Below, in pieces: positions 34,235 to 47,592 of a stretch of DNA of 64,000 bases. Below the pieces are notes generated by a model that had not been told where the DNA came from, made no database searches, and saw nothing but the letters and a program-made list of their open reading frames with translations. Source of the stretch: an uncultured Acidobacteriota bacterium (GTDB taxonomy: Bacteria; Acidobacteriota; Blastocatellia; RBC074); the NCBI GenBank assembly GCA_963796275.1, contig CAWCKY010000006.1, positions 1,344,001-1,408,000 on the forward strand, written 5' to 3'. Every line of letters begins with the position of its first letter. The first letter of the stretch is position 1. A program made the translations under genes and the position numbers.

Positions 34235-34831
34235 TTATTGCAGGTAACCTTTGATCCTCTCCTTGAATTCCGACAAGGGGGTCAGTTGTTGTTGTCCACG
34301 CATGACTCCAACAGCTCTGTTGATACGCATTTTGCTCGGGTCGCGTGAGACCATATCCTGACCTGCATCATTCTTGACAATGGAGAATTTACCCTGCGCG
34401 TATCCCATCACAGCATAGGCGTTCGCGGTGGTGTCCGCTGGCGTAAGGAAAAGAAATACATTCTCTTGCGGCTGGATCGTCGGTGCGCCCGGATAGTTCA
34501 TGGCTATGGGGTGTTTTCGATTCGAATCGATGCCACCGGGTAAAGCCACTGTGACAGTCGAAGCCGAGCCTTTGATAGCATCGCTTACCGAGATTGTTGC
34601 CAGGGTGACCAACCTGCGCCCCTCAACCCACGTGCTGCGGGTCTCGGTACACTGACCCATGATGATCAGTTCTGAACGCTGCGTCATGTCTTGCATCGTT
34701 AGATCGGTTGACGTGGTAACTGATGCCATCTGATCTGGCTGTTGCTGATTGATCGCCCGGCTCGTTCGTAGGCTCGCAACGACGAAGGCGATCAGGAGAG
34801 AACAACAGACAGCAAGAACCGCTTTTTTCAT
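34235..34831 (-). CDS. secreted protein, TIMP/NTR-like beta domain (tentative)
   Basis: Signal peptide; SELIIMGQC...ISVSDAIKG...LPGG...PGAPTIQPQENVFLFL; AAAGGAG RBS. Confidence 0.6.
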   Translation of the reverse strand: MKKAVLAVCCSLLIAFVVASLRTSRAINQQQPDQMASVTTSTDLTMQDMTQRSELIIMGQCTETRSTWVEGRRLVTLATISVSDAIKGSASTVTVALPGGIDSNRKHPIAMNYPGAPTIQPQENVFLFLTPADTTANAYAVMGYAQGKFSIVKNDAGQDMVSRDPSKMRINRAVGVMRGQQQLTPLSEFKERIKGYLQ

Positions 34832-34922
34832 TATTTACACTCCTTTGTTATGATCCGGTATGGAATTTTGATGTTTCAACTGGAATACGTATGGGCTGTA
34901 TATATCAGTTTTCGGGAAGCCG

Positions 34923-34940
34923 GTGAGGGCTTTGTGAGGG
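34923..34940 (-). promoter_or_regulatory. 11-bp-period direct repeat, OmpR/PhoB-type binding site candidate
   Basis: Minus strand CCCTCAC-AAAG-CCCTCAC, about 95 bp upstream of 34831. Confidence 0.5.
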
Positions 34941-35023
34941 TGTTCCCGCCTGCATTTTATATAATTAAGCGCGCGTTTTTACAATGGAGATCAGACCTGA
35001 GGCACAAGTCCGGATAGATTTCT

Positions 35024-35708
35024 TTAAACTACGAATTTATACCCGACCCGATGTACTGTAATGATGTGCCTGGGATCGCTTGGCGTCTCTTCGATCTTTT
35101 GTCTCAGTTTTGCGATGTGCATATCGACTGTGCGAGTGAGCGGGAAACTGCCGTAGCCCCAAACCGAATCGAGAAGCTGGTCGCGCGTGATAACCTCGCC
35201 GCGGTGCTCAATGAAGAACCTGAGGATATTGAACTCGCGCGGAGACATCTCCAGAGGGACGCCTCCCTTTGTCACCTCGAACTTCTTGAAATTGACGGCC
35301 ACATCTCCGAAGCGGAAATCATCAGTAGTTTCCGCTTGACGGTTCGTGCGGCGGAGCAGCGCTTCGACGCGAGCCATCAGTTCCATAAAGCTGAATGGTT
35401 TGGTGACATAATCGTCCGCTCCTATCTTCAGTCCGACGACTTTGTCAATTTCCTGACCGCGAGCCGTCGAGCATGATGATCGGTGTGGCGTTGCCCGTGT
35501 TGCGCAGTTGTTTGCAGACATCGAAACCGCTCACCTTGGGTAGCATGACGTCGAGGATGATCAGATCGAGTTCTCTCTCCCCGGCCATTTTCAGGCCGGC
35601 GAGGCCGTCACGCGCTACCTGCACGGCATAGCCTTCGTACTCGAATCCGTCGCGCAGCGCGACCGCCATCGCCTGGTCGTCTTCTACTATCAATACTTTT
35701 CCGGTCAT
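35024..35708 (-). CDS. OmpR-family response regulator (extra base near 35470)
   Basis: [52 protein letters not shown]. Confidence 0.93.
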
Positions 35709-35709
35709 C

Positions 35710-37449
<1,740 letters not shown>

Positions 37450-37641
37450 TTCTCCTCTAGCGAGCGCCGATAAGCGCAGCTTTTATGACCCGACGGCGCA
37501 AGCCCGCAAGCCGGTTGTTCTGCCTACCGCGCACATTTCTTTGTGCGAGCCCGTCCAAAAACAGGAACGGTCACATAACCCATTGATGTATACAAGTATA
37601 CATCGAATCAAACATCCGCAGCTGAGCTGGCGTCACCCGAT

Positions 37642-37697
37642 TTTACAGAACGTTTACATCTTTTACCTGATTTTACCGGGGTTTGACGACATTTACC
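37642..37697. promoter_or_regulatory. phased TTTAC direct-repeat array in divergent promoter
   Basis: TTTAC at 37642, 37653, 37662, 37672 and 37692; TTGAC at 37683. Confidence 0.55.
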
Positions 37698-37770
37698 AAA
37701 ACTATTGCCATACTATAAATACACAATAAACAAGATATGGAGAAGGAACAACAAGGAGGAAGAGTCCAGG

Positions 37771-38772
37771 ATGGGAAGCGAAGCTATCGGTCAAAATGCG
37801 CCGGCATATCAACCGCGTCCGGCGTTAACTCTCGTTGATAGCCAGCGGGTCGTCTCATATGAAAGCTATGAGTGTTTCGCCGGTGTCAGCACCAATGTTG
37901 CAGATCTGAAAACGTTCATAGGCGTGCATGCCGCTCAGTTGCATCCGGTCCTCGTCATCGGCGAACGCGGCTTGCGGCAGGAACAGGCGGCGCGGGTATT
38001 GCATCAGGCGAGCGCGCAATGGGCGCAGCCTTTCTTCGCGGTCAATGCCCACGGGCTGAGCGCTGAAGCGTTGCATAATTTGTTATTCGGTCCGCAGGGC
38101 ATGATCGAAAACGTCAAACGCGGAACGATCTATATCAATGAACTGACGTGTTTGCCGCTTCTGTTGCAGCAACGCTTCGCCGTATACCTGGAGGAACAAC
38201 GATGGCGAGAACGCGGAGCGCAACCTGCGCAACAAAGGCTGGTCTTCGCTTCCGAGTGGAACCCGTCCGACAGATCGGCTGAAAACCGCATCGCTTACGG
38301 CCTCATAGAGATGCTTCGCCCGTTCAGCTTCACTATCAGGCCCCTGCGAGAACGCGGAGAGGATATCCCTTATCTGGCGAAGCTCCTGGTGACGCGGATT
38401 TCTCAACGCATGAAAAAAGGCGTCCACGAGCTGACCCAGGGAGCCATCGATGCGCTTATGGAATATCAGTGGTCCGAGAATATCGATGAGCTCGAGGCGG
38501 CGCTCGAGGGAGCCATTGCCATTCTGCCGCCGCAGCAGATCGATGAATCCGTGCTGCCGCCGCGCATCAGGTATGCTCGACTGAAATCAATTCCGCCGGA
38601 CGGTGTCGATCTGCCTCAGATCGTCGATGAATACGAGCGCGAACTCATCGCCACGGCGTTGCGACAGAGCGGGGGAAGCCAGACGAAAGCCTCGAAGCTG
38701 CTCGGGCTGCGCGTGCAGACCTTAAATATGAAGCTCAAACGGTATGCAGATCAGGCGAGGCCCTTGCTCTGA
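37771..38772 (+). CDS. sigma54-activator-like protein with degenerate AAA+ domain and Fis-type HTH
   Basis: PVLVIGERG, PFFAVNA, RPLRERGEDIP, YQWSENIDEL, GGSQTKASKLLGL; AAGGAGG RBS. Confidence 0.85.
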   Translation: MGSEAIGQNAPAYQPRPALTLVDSQRVVSYESYECFAGVSTNVADLKTFIGVHAAQLHPVLVIGERGLRQEQAARVLHQASAQWAQPFFAVNAHGLSAEALHNLLFGPQGMIENVKRGTIYINELTCLPLLLQQRFAVYLEEQRWRERGAQPAQQRLVFASEWNPSDRSAENRIAYGLIEMLRPFSFTIRPLRERGEDIPYLAKLLVTRISQRMKKGVHELTQGAIDALMEYQWSENIDELEAALEGAIAILPPQQIDESVLPPRIRYARLKSIPPDGVDLPQIVDEYERELIATALRQSGGSQTKASKLLGLRVQTLNMKLKRYADQARPLL

Positions 38773-38911
38773 AGGATCTGAAGGATATGAATGCTCTGAA
38801 TGCTCTTAACCGGGCCGCAGTCGCCGCAGGCATCGTGGCAATTGCAGGAGATCACGGTCGGGCAAGCTGATTTATGGTTTGCCGCCGCGGTGCCTGCGAG
38901 GGCTGCGGCCC
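38769..38911. repeat. 9-mer tandem repeat followed by GC-rich REP-like hairpin
   Basis: TCTGAAGGA TCTGAAGGA TATGAATGC TCTGAATGC; then GGGCCGCAG...CGCAGGCA / TGCCTGCG...CTGCGGCCC. Confidence 0.65.
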
Positions 38912-38913
38912 CC

Positions 38914-39016
38914 TATCATTTATCATTTTACATTTGTCATATTATATTTTTCATTGAAGAAGCTGCATATCTTCAATGAAAAATGTAAAATTACAAATGT
39001 AAAATGATAAATGATA
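38914..39016. repeat. 47-bp inverted repeat built of CATTTTA-like heptamers
   Basis: Arms 38914-38960 and 38970-39016, 3 mismatches, 9-nt loop, between convergent genes. Confidence 0.85.
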
Positions 39017-39033
39017 ACAATCTTTTCCCACAC

Positions 39034-40351
39034 TTAATCGTAGTATTCCAATCCCAGATGGGTAATCAGCTCCTCGCCACGCAGATGCCGCAACGTATTC
39101 TTCAATTTCATCAACTGGATGAAGAGATCGTGTTCCGGATAAAGCTGCGGCGCACACATCGGGCTCTTGAAGTAGAATGATAGCCACTCCTGTATTCCCC
39201 TCATTCCAACGCGCTGAGCCAGATCCATGAAGAGAGCCAGATCGAGCACAATTGGCGCAGCCAGGATCGAGTCGCGGCAGAGGAAATCGATCTTTATCTG
39301 CATTGGGTAGCCCAGCCATCCGAAAATATCGATATTGTCCCATCCCTCTTTGTTGTCACCGCGCGGCGGATAATAGTTGATTCGGACGAGATGCGAGAAG
39401 TCGCCGTAGAGAGTGGGATAGACTTGAGGTTGAAGGATGTATTCGAGCACCGAAAGCTTCGATTCCTCTTTGGTCTTGAATGAGCCGGGATCGTCGAGCA
39501 CCTCCCCGTCGCGGTTCCCCAGGATATTGGTTGAATACCATCCGTGCAGGCCCAACATCCGCGCTTTCAGGCCGGGCGCCAGGATCGTCTTCATAAGGGT
39601 CTGGCCGGTTTTAAAATCCTTCCCGCAGATCGGCAGGTTTTCTTTCTCCGCCAGATCGGTCAGAGCCGGAATGTCAACTGTCAGGTTCGGCGCGCCATTG
39701 GCGAAACCCACGCCGGATTTGAGCGCGGCGTAAGCATAGATCATAGATGGGGCAATCGCCTTATGGTTCTCACGCATCGCCTTTTCAAATGCGTCGAGCG
39801 ACTTATGAACCGCGTGCTGCTTGATAAAGACTTCGGTCGACCCGCACCAGTATCATGACCATCCGCGAGCACCTGTTCTTCTTCTTGAACTGAGCGATGT
39901 CTTCCATCAACTGCCGGGCCAGGTCCATCTTATTCTTGCCCTTCTTGACATGCGTTCCGCTCAGGCGTTTGACATAATCTTGCTCGAAGACGGCGGGCAT
40001 CGGCTTGATCTTCGAGAGCTGCGACTTGAGTTGGACGAGCAGCTCCTTCTCGATGACGCCCGCCTGCATTGCGGCGTCGTAACAGTTCTCTTCGAAAATG
40101 TCCCAGGCGCCGAAGACCAGATCATCGATCTCAGCGAGCGGGACGAAATCTTTGATGAGTGGCGAACGGCCGTCTGTGCGCTTACCGAGACGGATCGTGC
40201 CCATCTGTGTGAGACTTCCAATAGGTTTCGCCAGGCCCTTGCGTAGTGCCTCGATGCCGGCGATGAAAGTGGTTGTCACTGCGCCCATTCCGACAAGCAG
40301 AACGCCCAGTTTGCCCTTCGGTTCAGTTACAGGTGCGCCTTTTTCGAACAT
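39034..40351 (-). CDS. ino1: myo-inositol-1-phosphate synthase (extra base near 39851)
   Basis: VGMGAVTTT, WCGSTE after correction, GKDFKTGQT, NILGNRDG, CRDSILAAP. Confidence 0.93.
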
Positions 40352-40834
40352 TTTGAATGCTCCTTGGAAAATAGTTGGGAATACCGCCTTTAGTCGACTG
40401 AACTCTAACCGCCTGAAGGCAAAACTCCGAATGCGTTTTCAATATTTCAAGGCTTCGTGCTCCTTGAAATATTGATTTTGTTTGACAGGATCTATAAAAC
40501 GGGATTTATAGGAATATTTATAGATATAATACATTGAACAAATATTGAGAAAATCTGTAACGCCTCTATAAACGCCTAAATCCTGCCTAAATTGTCATTT
40601 ACTCAGGGCCATTCCAGTTGGTATGGATGATTCCTGAGGTTGAGAATGTTAAGCAGATTAGCGGTGGGCTAAAAAAATGTCTTGCGTGATCTTGCCGAAT
40701 ATTGTCGCTGATTTGCTTTCGGCTTCTTGCAATCGGCATGCGAACCGGTAAAATAACCGCTCAGTCATCCAAGTGGCTGAGATCATAGATTCATCCGAGA
40801 AATCGCGATCAGAATCGAGGAAGGAGAAGCTGTA

Positions 40835-41095
40835 ATGGCTGTCTATATTATTTGTGAACCATGCATCGGCACAAAAGATACCGCGTGCGTTGACGTTTGC
40901 CCGGTAGACTGCATTCATCCGCGCAAGGATGAGCCGGATTTCGAATCGATAAATCACCTCTATATCAATCCGGATGAGTGCATCGATTGCGGCGCGTGTC
41001 AGCCCGCATGTCCAGTTGAAGCGATTTATCGCGATGAAGACGTGCCCGAGCAGTGGCGGAATTATATTCAGATCAACGCCGATCACTTTAAATAG
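40835..41095 (+). CDS. ferredoxin (7Fe, FdxA-like)
   Basis: CEPCIGTKDTACVDVCPVDC and ECIDCGACQPACP; AGGAG RBS. Confidence 0.95.
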   Translation: MAVYIICEPCIGTKDTACVDVCPVDCIHPRKDEPDFESINHLYINPDECIDCGACQPACPVEAIYRDEDVPEQWRNYIQINADHFK

Positions 41096-41114
41096 TGATC
41101 ATTTATTTAAGCCA

Positions 41115-41176
41115 GAAAAAAGGCAAAAAGGGCAAGAGGCTGAATAATCGCCTTTTGCTCCTTTTTGCCCTTTTTA
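41115..41176. terminator. inverted 9-mer array, likely bidirectional terminator
   Basis: AAAAAAGGCAAAAAGGGCAAGAGGC / GCCTTTTGCTCCTTTTTGCCCTTTTT between convergent genes. Confidence 0.6.
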
Positions 41177-41195
41177 TTTCCGGCCTTGACGTCGA

Positions 41196-42779
41196 TCAGG
41201 GCTTTGATGATTTTTCCGTCTGAATCGGATCCTTCAACTTCTCTTTCTCGGCCTCGACATTGAAACGTTTATAATTGCCGTAATCGATCGCCACATTGAA
41301 GTCGATGCCTTTCACGAGGAAGACTTTGATGCCTAAATTGAGGTCCGCCCGGGTCGGCAGCCATATTTCGTCGTTAACGCGGTCCTGTTCGATCACAAAC
41401 GATCCACCCTCTTTCAGCGAGGCGACCAATCCGCCGCCTATTTTGTACGGCTCGACCAGACGCGCTTCGACGCGCGCGACCTGTTTGCCCTCCACATCGA
41501 CCCAGAGTGCGCCCGCCATCTTGCCGAAAATCTTTTCGTAGTCTTTCTGCGGTTTGTATCCGGGCAACGGCTCGTAATCGAAAACGATCACATCGCGGTT
41601 CCGGTAACGTTCGCGCCGCGGATTGACCAGCTTCGACGCACGCAATACGTCCGCGATTGAAGGACGGCGGTTGCGATCGAATTCTTCATCCTCGGGATTT
41701 TCCGCTGAGGAGGCTTGAGCCTTCTTCTTCTCCTTCTCGGCTTCCTTCTTCTCGATTTCACGGATCCGTTTTTCGACGCGTTTATTCTCGTCGGCTACCT
41801 CATCGGGCGTCAGCTGTTTTCCGTTCTTCGCGATAATCCGTCGAATACGGTTCCCTTTGTAGAACGTCAATTCACGAGTTTCGGTCTCCTTCTCGCGCAG
41901 CTGACCCTTCGAATCGAGCGATCGCTTCGTGACATTCTCCGTGTATGTATAGTTCTCGAGAATCCGTTCAATCTCATCCTCATTCTGCCCGACCTCTTTG
42001 ATCAGTGCCTGAATGTCGGGCAGCGGCTCGCTCGAAACTTGCGGGAAGTCGAACATCGAGCGGTTGAGATTGGCGTTGTGTTCGATCTGATCGAGTTTGA
42101 TCTCGTATGCGTCTTCGCCTAAAGCTACCGAAATCGCATACGGCTCCATCACTCCGTCAACGGAACGGTAATCGGAGTAATCGCATGTCCTGATTAACTC
42201 GCCGGCCGGAATCTCATCTCGCATCAGGAGCCCGGATGCTGCATCGAAATGCATTTTGATCTTCACATTTTTGACAGTCGTCAAAATAAGAGAATTCGCG
42301 GTTTTCCCGTTGATCTCCGTCTTACCCGCAAAAGTGAGTTTCGATTTATCCTTTTTGTAATCTAGCCAGAGATTATTCCGCCATCTCGCTTCCGCTTGAA
42401 AATCGCGGCTGTCCGCGCCGGTCAGAGTTCTCAGGCCGTCGCGCGAATCGCGCACCCACGCCGATTTGCCGTTGTACCCTGAGCTGATTTCCAGACCGCG
42501 AATGTCATAGGCGTTGGTATAGAGATTCGGTCGCAACGATGCGGCTTGAAAGCCGCCGCTTTCTCCACTCCTGGAGTTCACGATCCTGCCTTTGGCTTGC
42601 CGCGATTTGATGCTCCTTTGCGCTTTTTCACCGCCCATCGCTTTCGCGGCCTGTTTGACGATTTTGTCGGCTGACTGGGCCGATGCTGTGATCGCGCTCA
42701 AGATAAAAATTGCCAAACAAAAGATCGCAATTGAGAATGGGTTCGGGGTGATTGCACAAAGGGTTCGGAATTGCCTCAT
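41196..42779 (-). CDS. secreted two-domain protein, LolA-like/outer-membrane lipoprotein-sorting fold
   Basis: Signal peptide; AMGG...GYNGKSAW...FDAASGL...YSDYRSVDGVMEP; second domain NYTYTE...GALWVD...WLP...YKRF. Confidence 0.6.
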   Translation of the reverse strand: MRQFRTLCAITPNPFSIAIFCLAIFILSAITASAQSADKIVKQAAKAMGGEKAQRSIKSRQAKGRIVNSRSGESGGFQAASLRPNLYTNAYDIRGLEISSGYNGKSAWVRDSRDGLRTLTGADSRDFQAEARWRNNLWLDYKKDKSKLTFAGKTEINGKTANSLILTTVKNVKIKMHFDAASGLLMRDEIPAGELIRTCDYSDYRSVDGVMEPYAISVALGEDAYEIKLDQIEHNANLNRSMFDFPQVSSEPLPDIQALIKEVGQNEDEIERILENYTYTENVTKRSLDSKGQLREKETETRELTFYKGNRIRRIIAKNGKQLTPDEVADENKRVEKRIREIEKKEAEKEKKKAQASSAENPEDEEFDRNRRPSIADVLRASKLVNPRRERYRNRDVIVFDYEPLPGYKPQKDYEKIFGKMAGALWVDVEGKQVARVEARLVEPYKIGGGLVASLKEGGSFVIEQDRVNDEIWLPTRADLNLGIKVFLVKGIDFNVAIDYGNYKRFNVEAEKEKLKDPIQTEKSSKP

Positions 42780-43016
42780 CGATTACTCCTGCTTAATTGC
42801 TTTGTTACCAGGGGGCTAAAAGTATACGAAATAAAACAGAAAAAGATCTAAAAGACGGGCCGCTGCTCCGAGTGGGCGGTTTTATCCGGCTCACTACCCG
42901 CCATTCCCGCTGACCGATATCACTTGACCATATTTGCCGGCAAAGTTATAAAACATCACCATCATTTATTATCTGGATCAAGTATTTTAGTCAAATAACA
43001 CTGACGGGGGTGACAG

Positions 43017-45905
<2,889 letters not shown>

Positions 45906-45910
45906 AAAAA

Positions 45911-46063
45911 CAGTTTTCAGTTTTCAGTTTCCAGTTTTAAGCTTTGGTACCCAGCCCCCGGTCTTACACAGATTACTCGGCTGAAAGCTGGAAACTGAGA
46001 ACTACGAGAACTGAGAACTGAGACTGAAAACTGAGAACTAAAAACTGAAAACTGAAAACTGAG
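45911..46063. repeat. inverted heptamer arrays (CAGTTTT)n / (CTGAAAA, CTGAGAA)n
   Basis: About 5 units at 45911-45945 and about 11 complementary units at 45981-46063. Confidence 0.88.
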
Positions 46064-46064
46064 C

Positions 46065-47504
46065 ATGGACTCGATACATTCCCATTACTATCGCAAAGAC
46101 AATCCTCTATCGCGTCGCGCGTGGCTGCGCGCCGCCGGGTTGGGTTTCGGCTCATTGAGCCTATCCGCCTTGTTCGCCGATGAATGCAAGGTACTTGCCG
46201 CCGACAATCCGCTCGCTCCGCGAGCCCCTCATTTTGAGCCGAAGGCCAAACGCGTCATTTTTCTATTTATGCACGGCGGCCCATCTTCGATCGACACGTT
46301 CGACCCGAAAGAGCGATTGAACAGAGATCACGGGAAGCCGCTGCCGTTCAAACGCCCACTGGCATTTGACAGGTCCAATCCCGGACCGTTGATGAAGTCG
46401 CCGTGGGAGTTCAAACCCGGTGGGAAGAGCGGACTTCCAGTGAGCGACCTCTTTCCTCACGTCCGCGATTGCGCGGATGATCTGTGCGTTATCCGGTCGA
46501 TGGTAGGCGAAGGCGTGGATCACGGCGCGGCATTGTTGCAGACGTTCACGGGGACGAGCACATTCATCCGCCCATCGATGGGTTCCTGGGTCGTTTATGG
46601 ATTGGGAAGTGAAAATCAGAATATGCCCGGATTCATTGCGATCAAACCATCGCTCGCGCACGGCGGGGCGAAAAACTGGTCTTCGGCTTTTTTGCCCGGA
46701 GTGTATCAGGGCACAGCCATCGGCCACGCCGGTCTTAAGGTGGACGAGATCAAGAATGAGCCGATCGAGTATCTGGTCAACAACCGCTATGGACCGGAGG
46801 AGCAGCGCTACGAACTCGATATGCTGCAGAACATCAATCGGCGTCACGAGGAATTGCGCCAGCACGATCCGCAGCTCGAAGCCCGCATTCAGGCATTCGA
46901 GCTCGCATTTAGAATGCAGGCCGGGGCACCGGAGGCTTTTCAGGTTGAAAAAGAGTCTGAAGCGACCAAGAAACTTTATGGCCTTGATGATCCGCTGACG
47001 CAGGATTTCGCCTGGCAATGTCTGCTCGCGCGGCGCCTGGCCGAGCGCGATGTCCGGTTCATTCAATGCACGCACAGCTACAAGTGGGATCAACACAGCG
47101 AACTTTACAACGGCCACACGCAGAACGCGCGCGAGGTGGACAAGCCGATCGCTGGGTTATTGAAAGACCTCAAATCTCATGGGCTGTTGCAGGATACGCT
47201 TGTCATCTGGGCCGGGGAATTCGGGCGTACGCCCGTCTCCCAAGGTGGCGACGGGCGCGATCACAATCCGTACGGCTATTCGATCTGGATGGCAGGTGGC
47301 GGAGTGAAGGGGGGATTCACATACGGCGCGACCGATGATATCGGGTATCATGCGGTCGAAAACCGCATGCACATTCACGATTTCCACGCGACCGTGCTTC
47401 ATCTGCTGGGTCTTTATCATGAGAAGCTGACATATCGGTACAGCGGGCGTGACTTTCGTTTGACCGATGTGGCCGGTGTAGTGGCGAAGAACATCTTCGC
47501 ATAA
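46065..47504 (+). CDS. DUF1501 protein with Tat-like leader
   Basis: LSRRAWL, AKRVIFLFMHGGPS, WAGEFGRTP, GRDHNP. Confidence 0.93.
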   Translation: MDSIHSHYYRKDNPLSRRAWLRAAGLGFGSLSLSALFADECKVLAADNPLAPRAPHFEPKAKRVIFLFMHGGPSSIDTFDPKERLNRDHGKPLPFKRPLAFDRSNPGPLMKSPWEFKPGGKSGLPVSDLFPHVRDCADDLCVIRSMVGEGVDHGAALLQTFTGTSTFIRPSMGSWVVYGLGSENQNMPGFIAIKPSLAHGGAKNWSSAFLPGVYQGTAIGHAGLKVDEIKNEPIEYLVNNRYGPEEQRYELDMLQNINRRHEELRQHDPQLEARIQAFELAFRMQAGAPEAFQVEKESEATKKLYGLDDPLTQDFAWQCLLARRLAERDVRFIQCTHSYKWDQHSELYNGHTQNAREVDKPIAGLLKDLKSHGLLQDTLVIWAGEFGRTPVSQGGDGRDHNPYGYSIWMAGGGVKGGFTYGATDDIGYHAVENRMHIHDFHATVLHLLGLYHEKLTYRYSGRDFRLTDVAGVVAKNIFA

Positions 47505-47592
47505 CTGAAAACAAGAAACGCGCGAAAATGCCAGCCTTTTCGTCCGTTTCGTATTCTTCCTGTGGGATGATATAAACGATAATGGAGGGAAA

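Noticed and set aside
45911-46063. Short repeat arrays read as CRISPR
   Set aside because: These are contiguous 7-nt units with no unique spacers.
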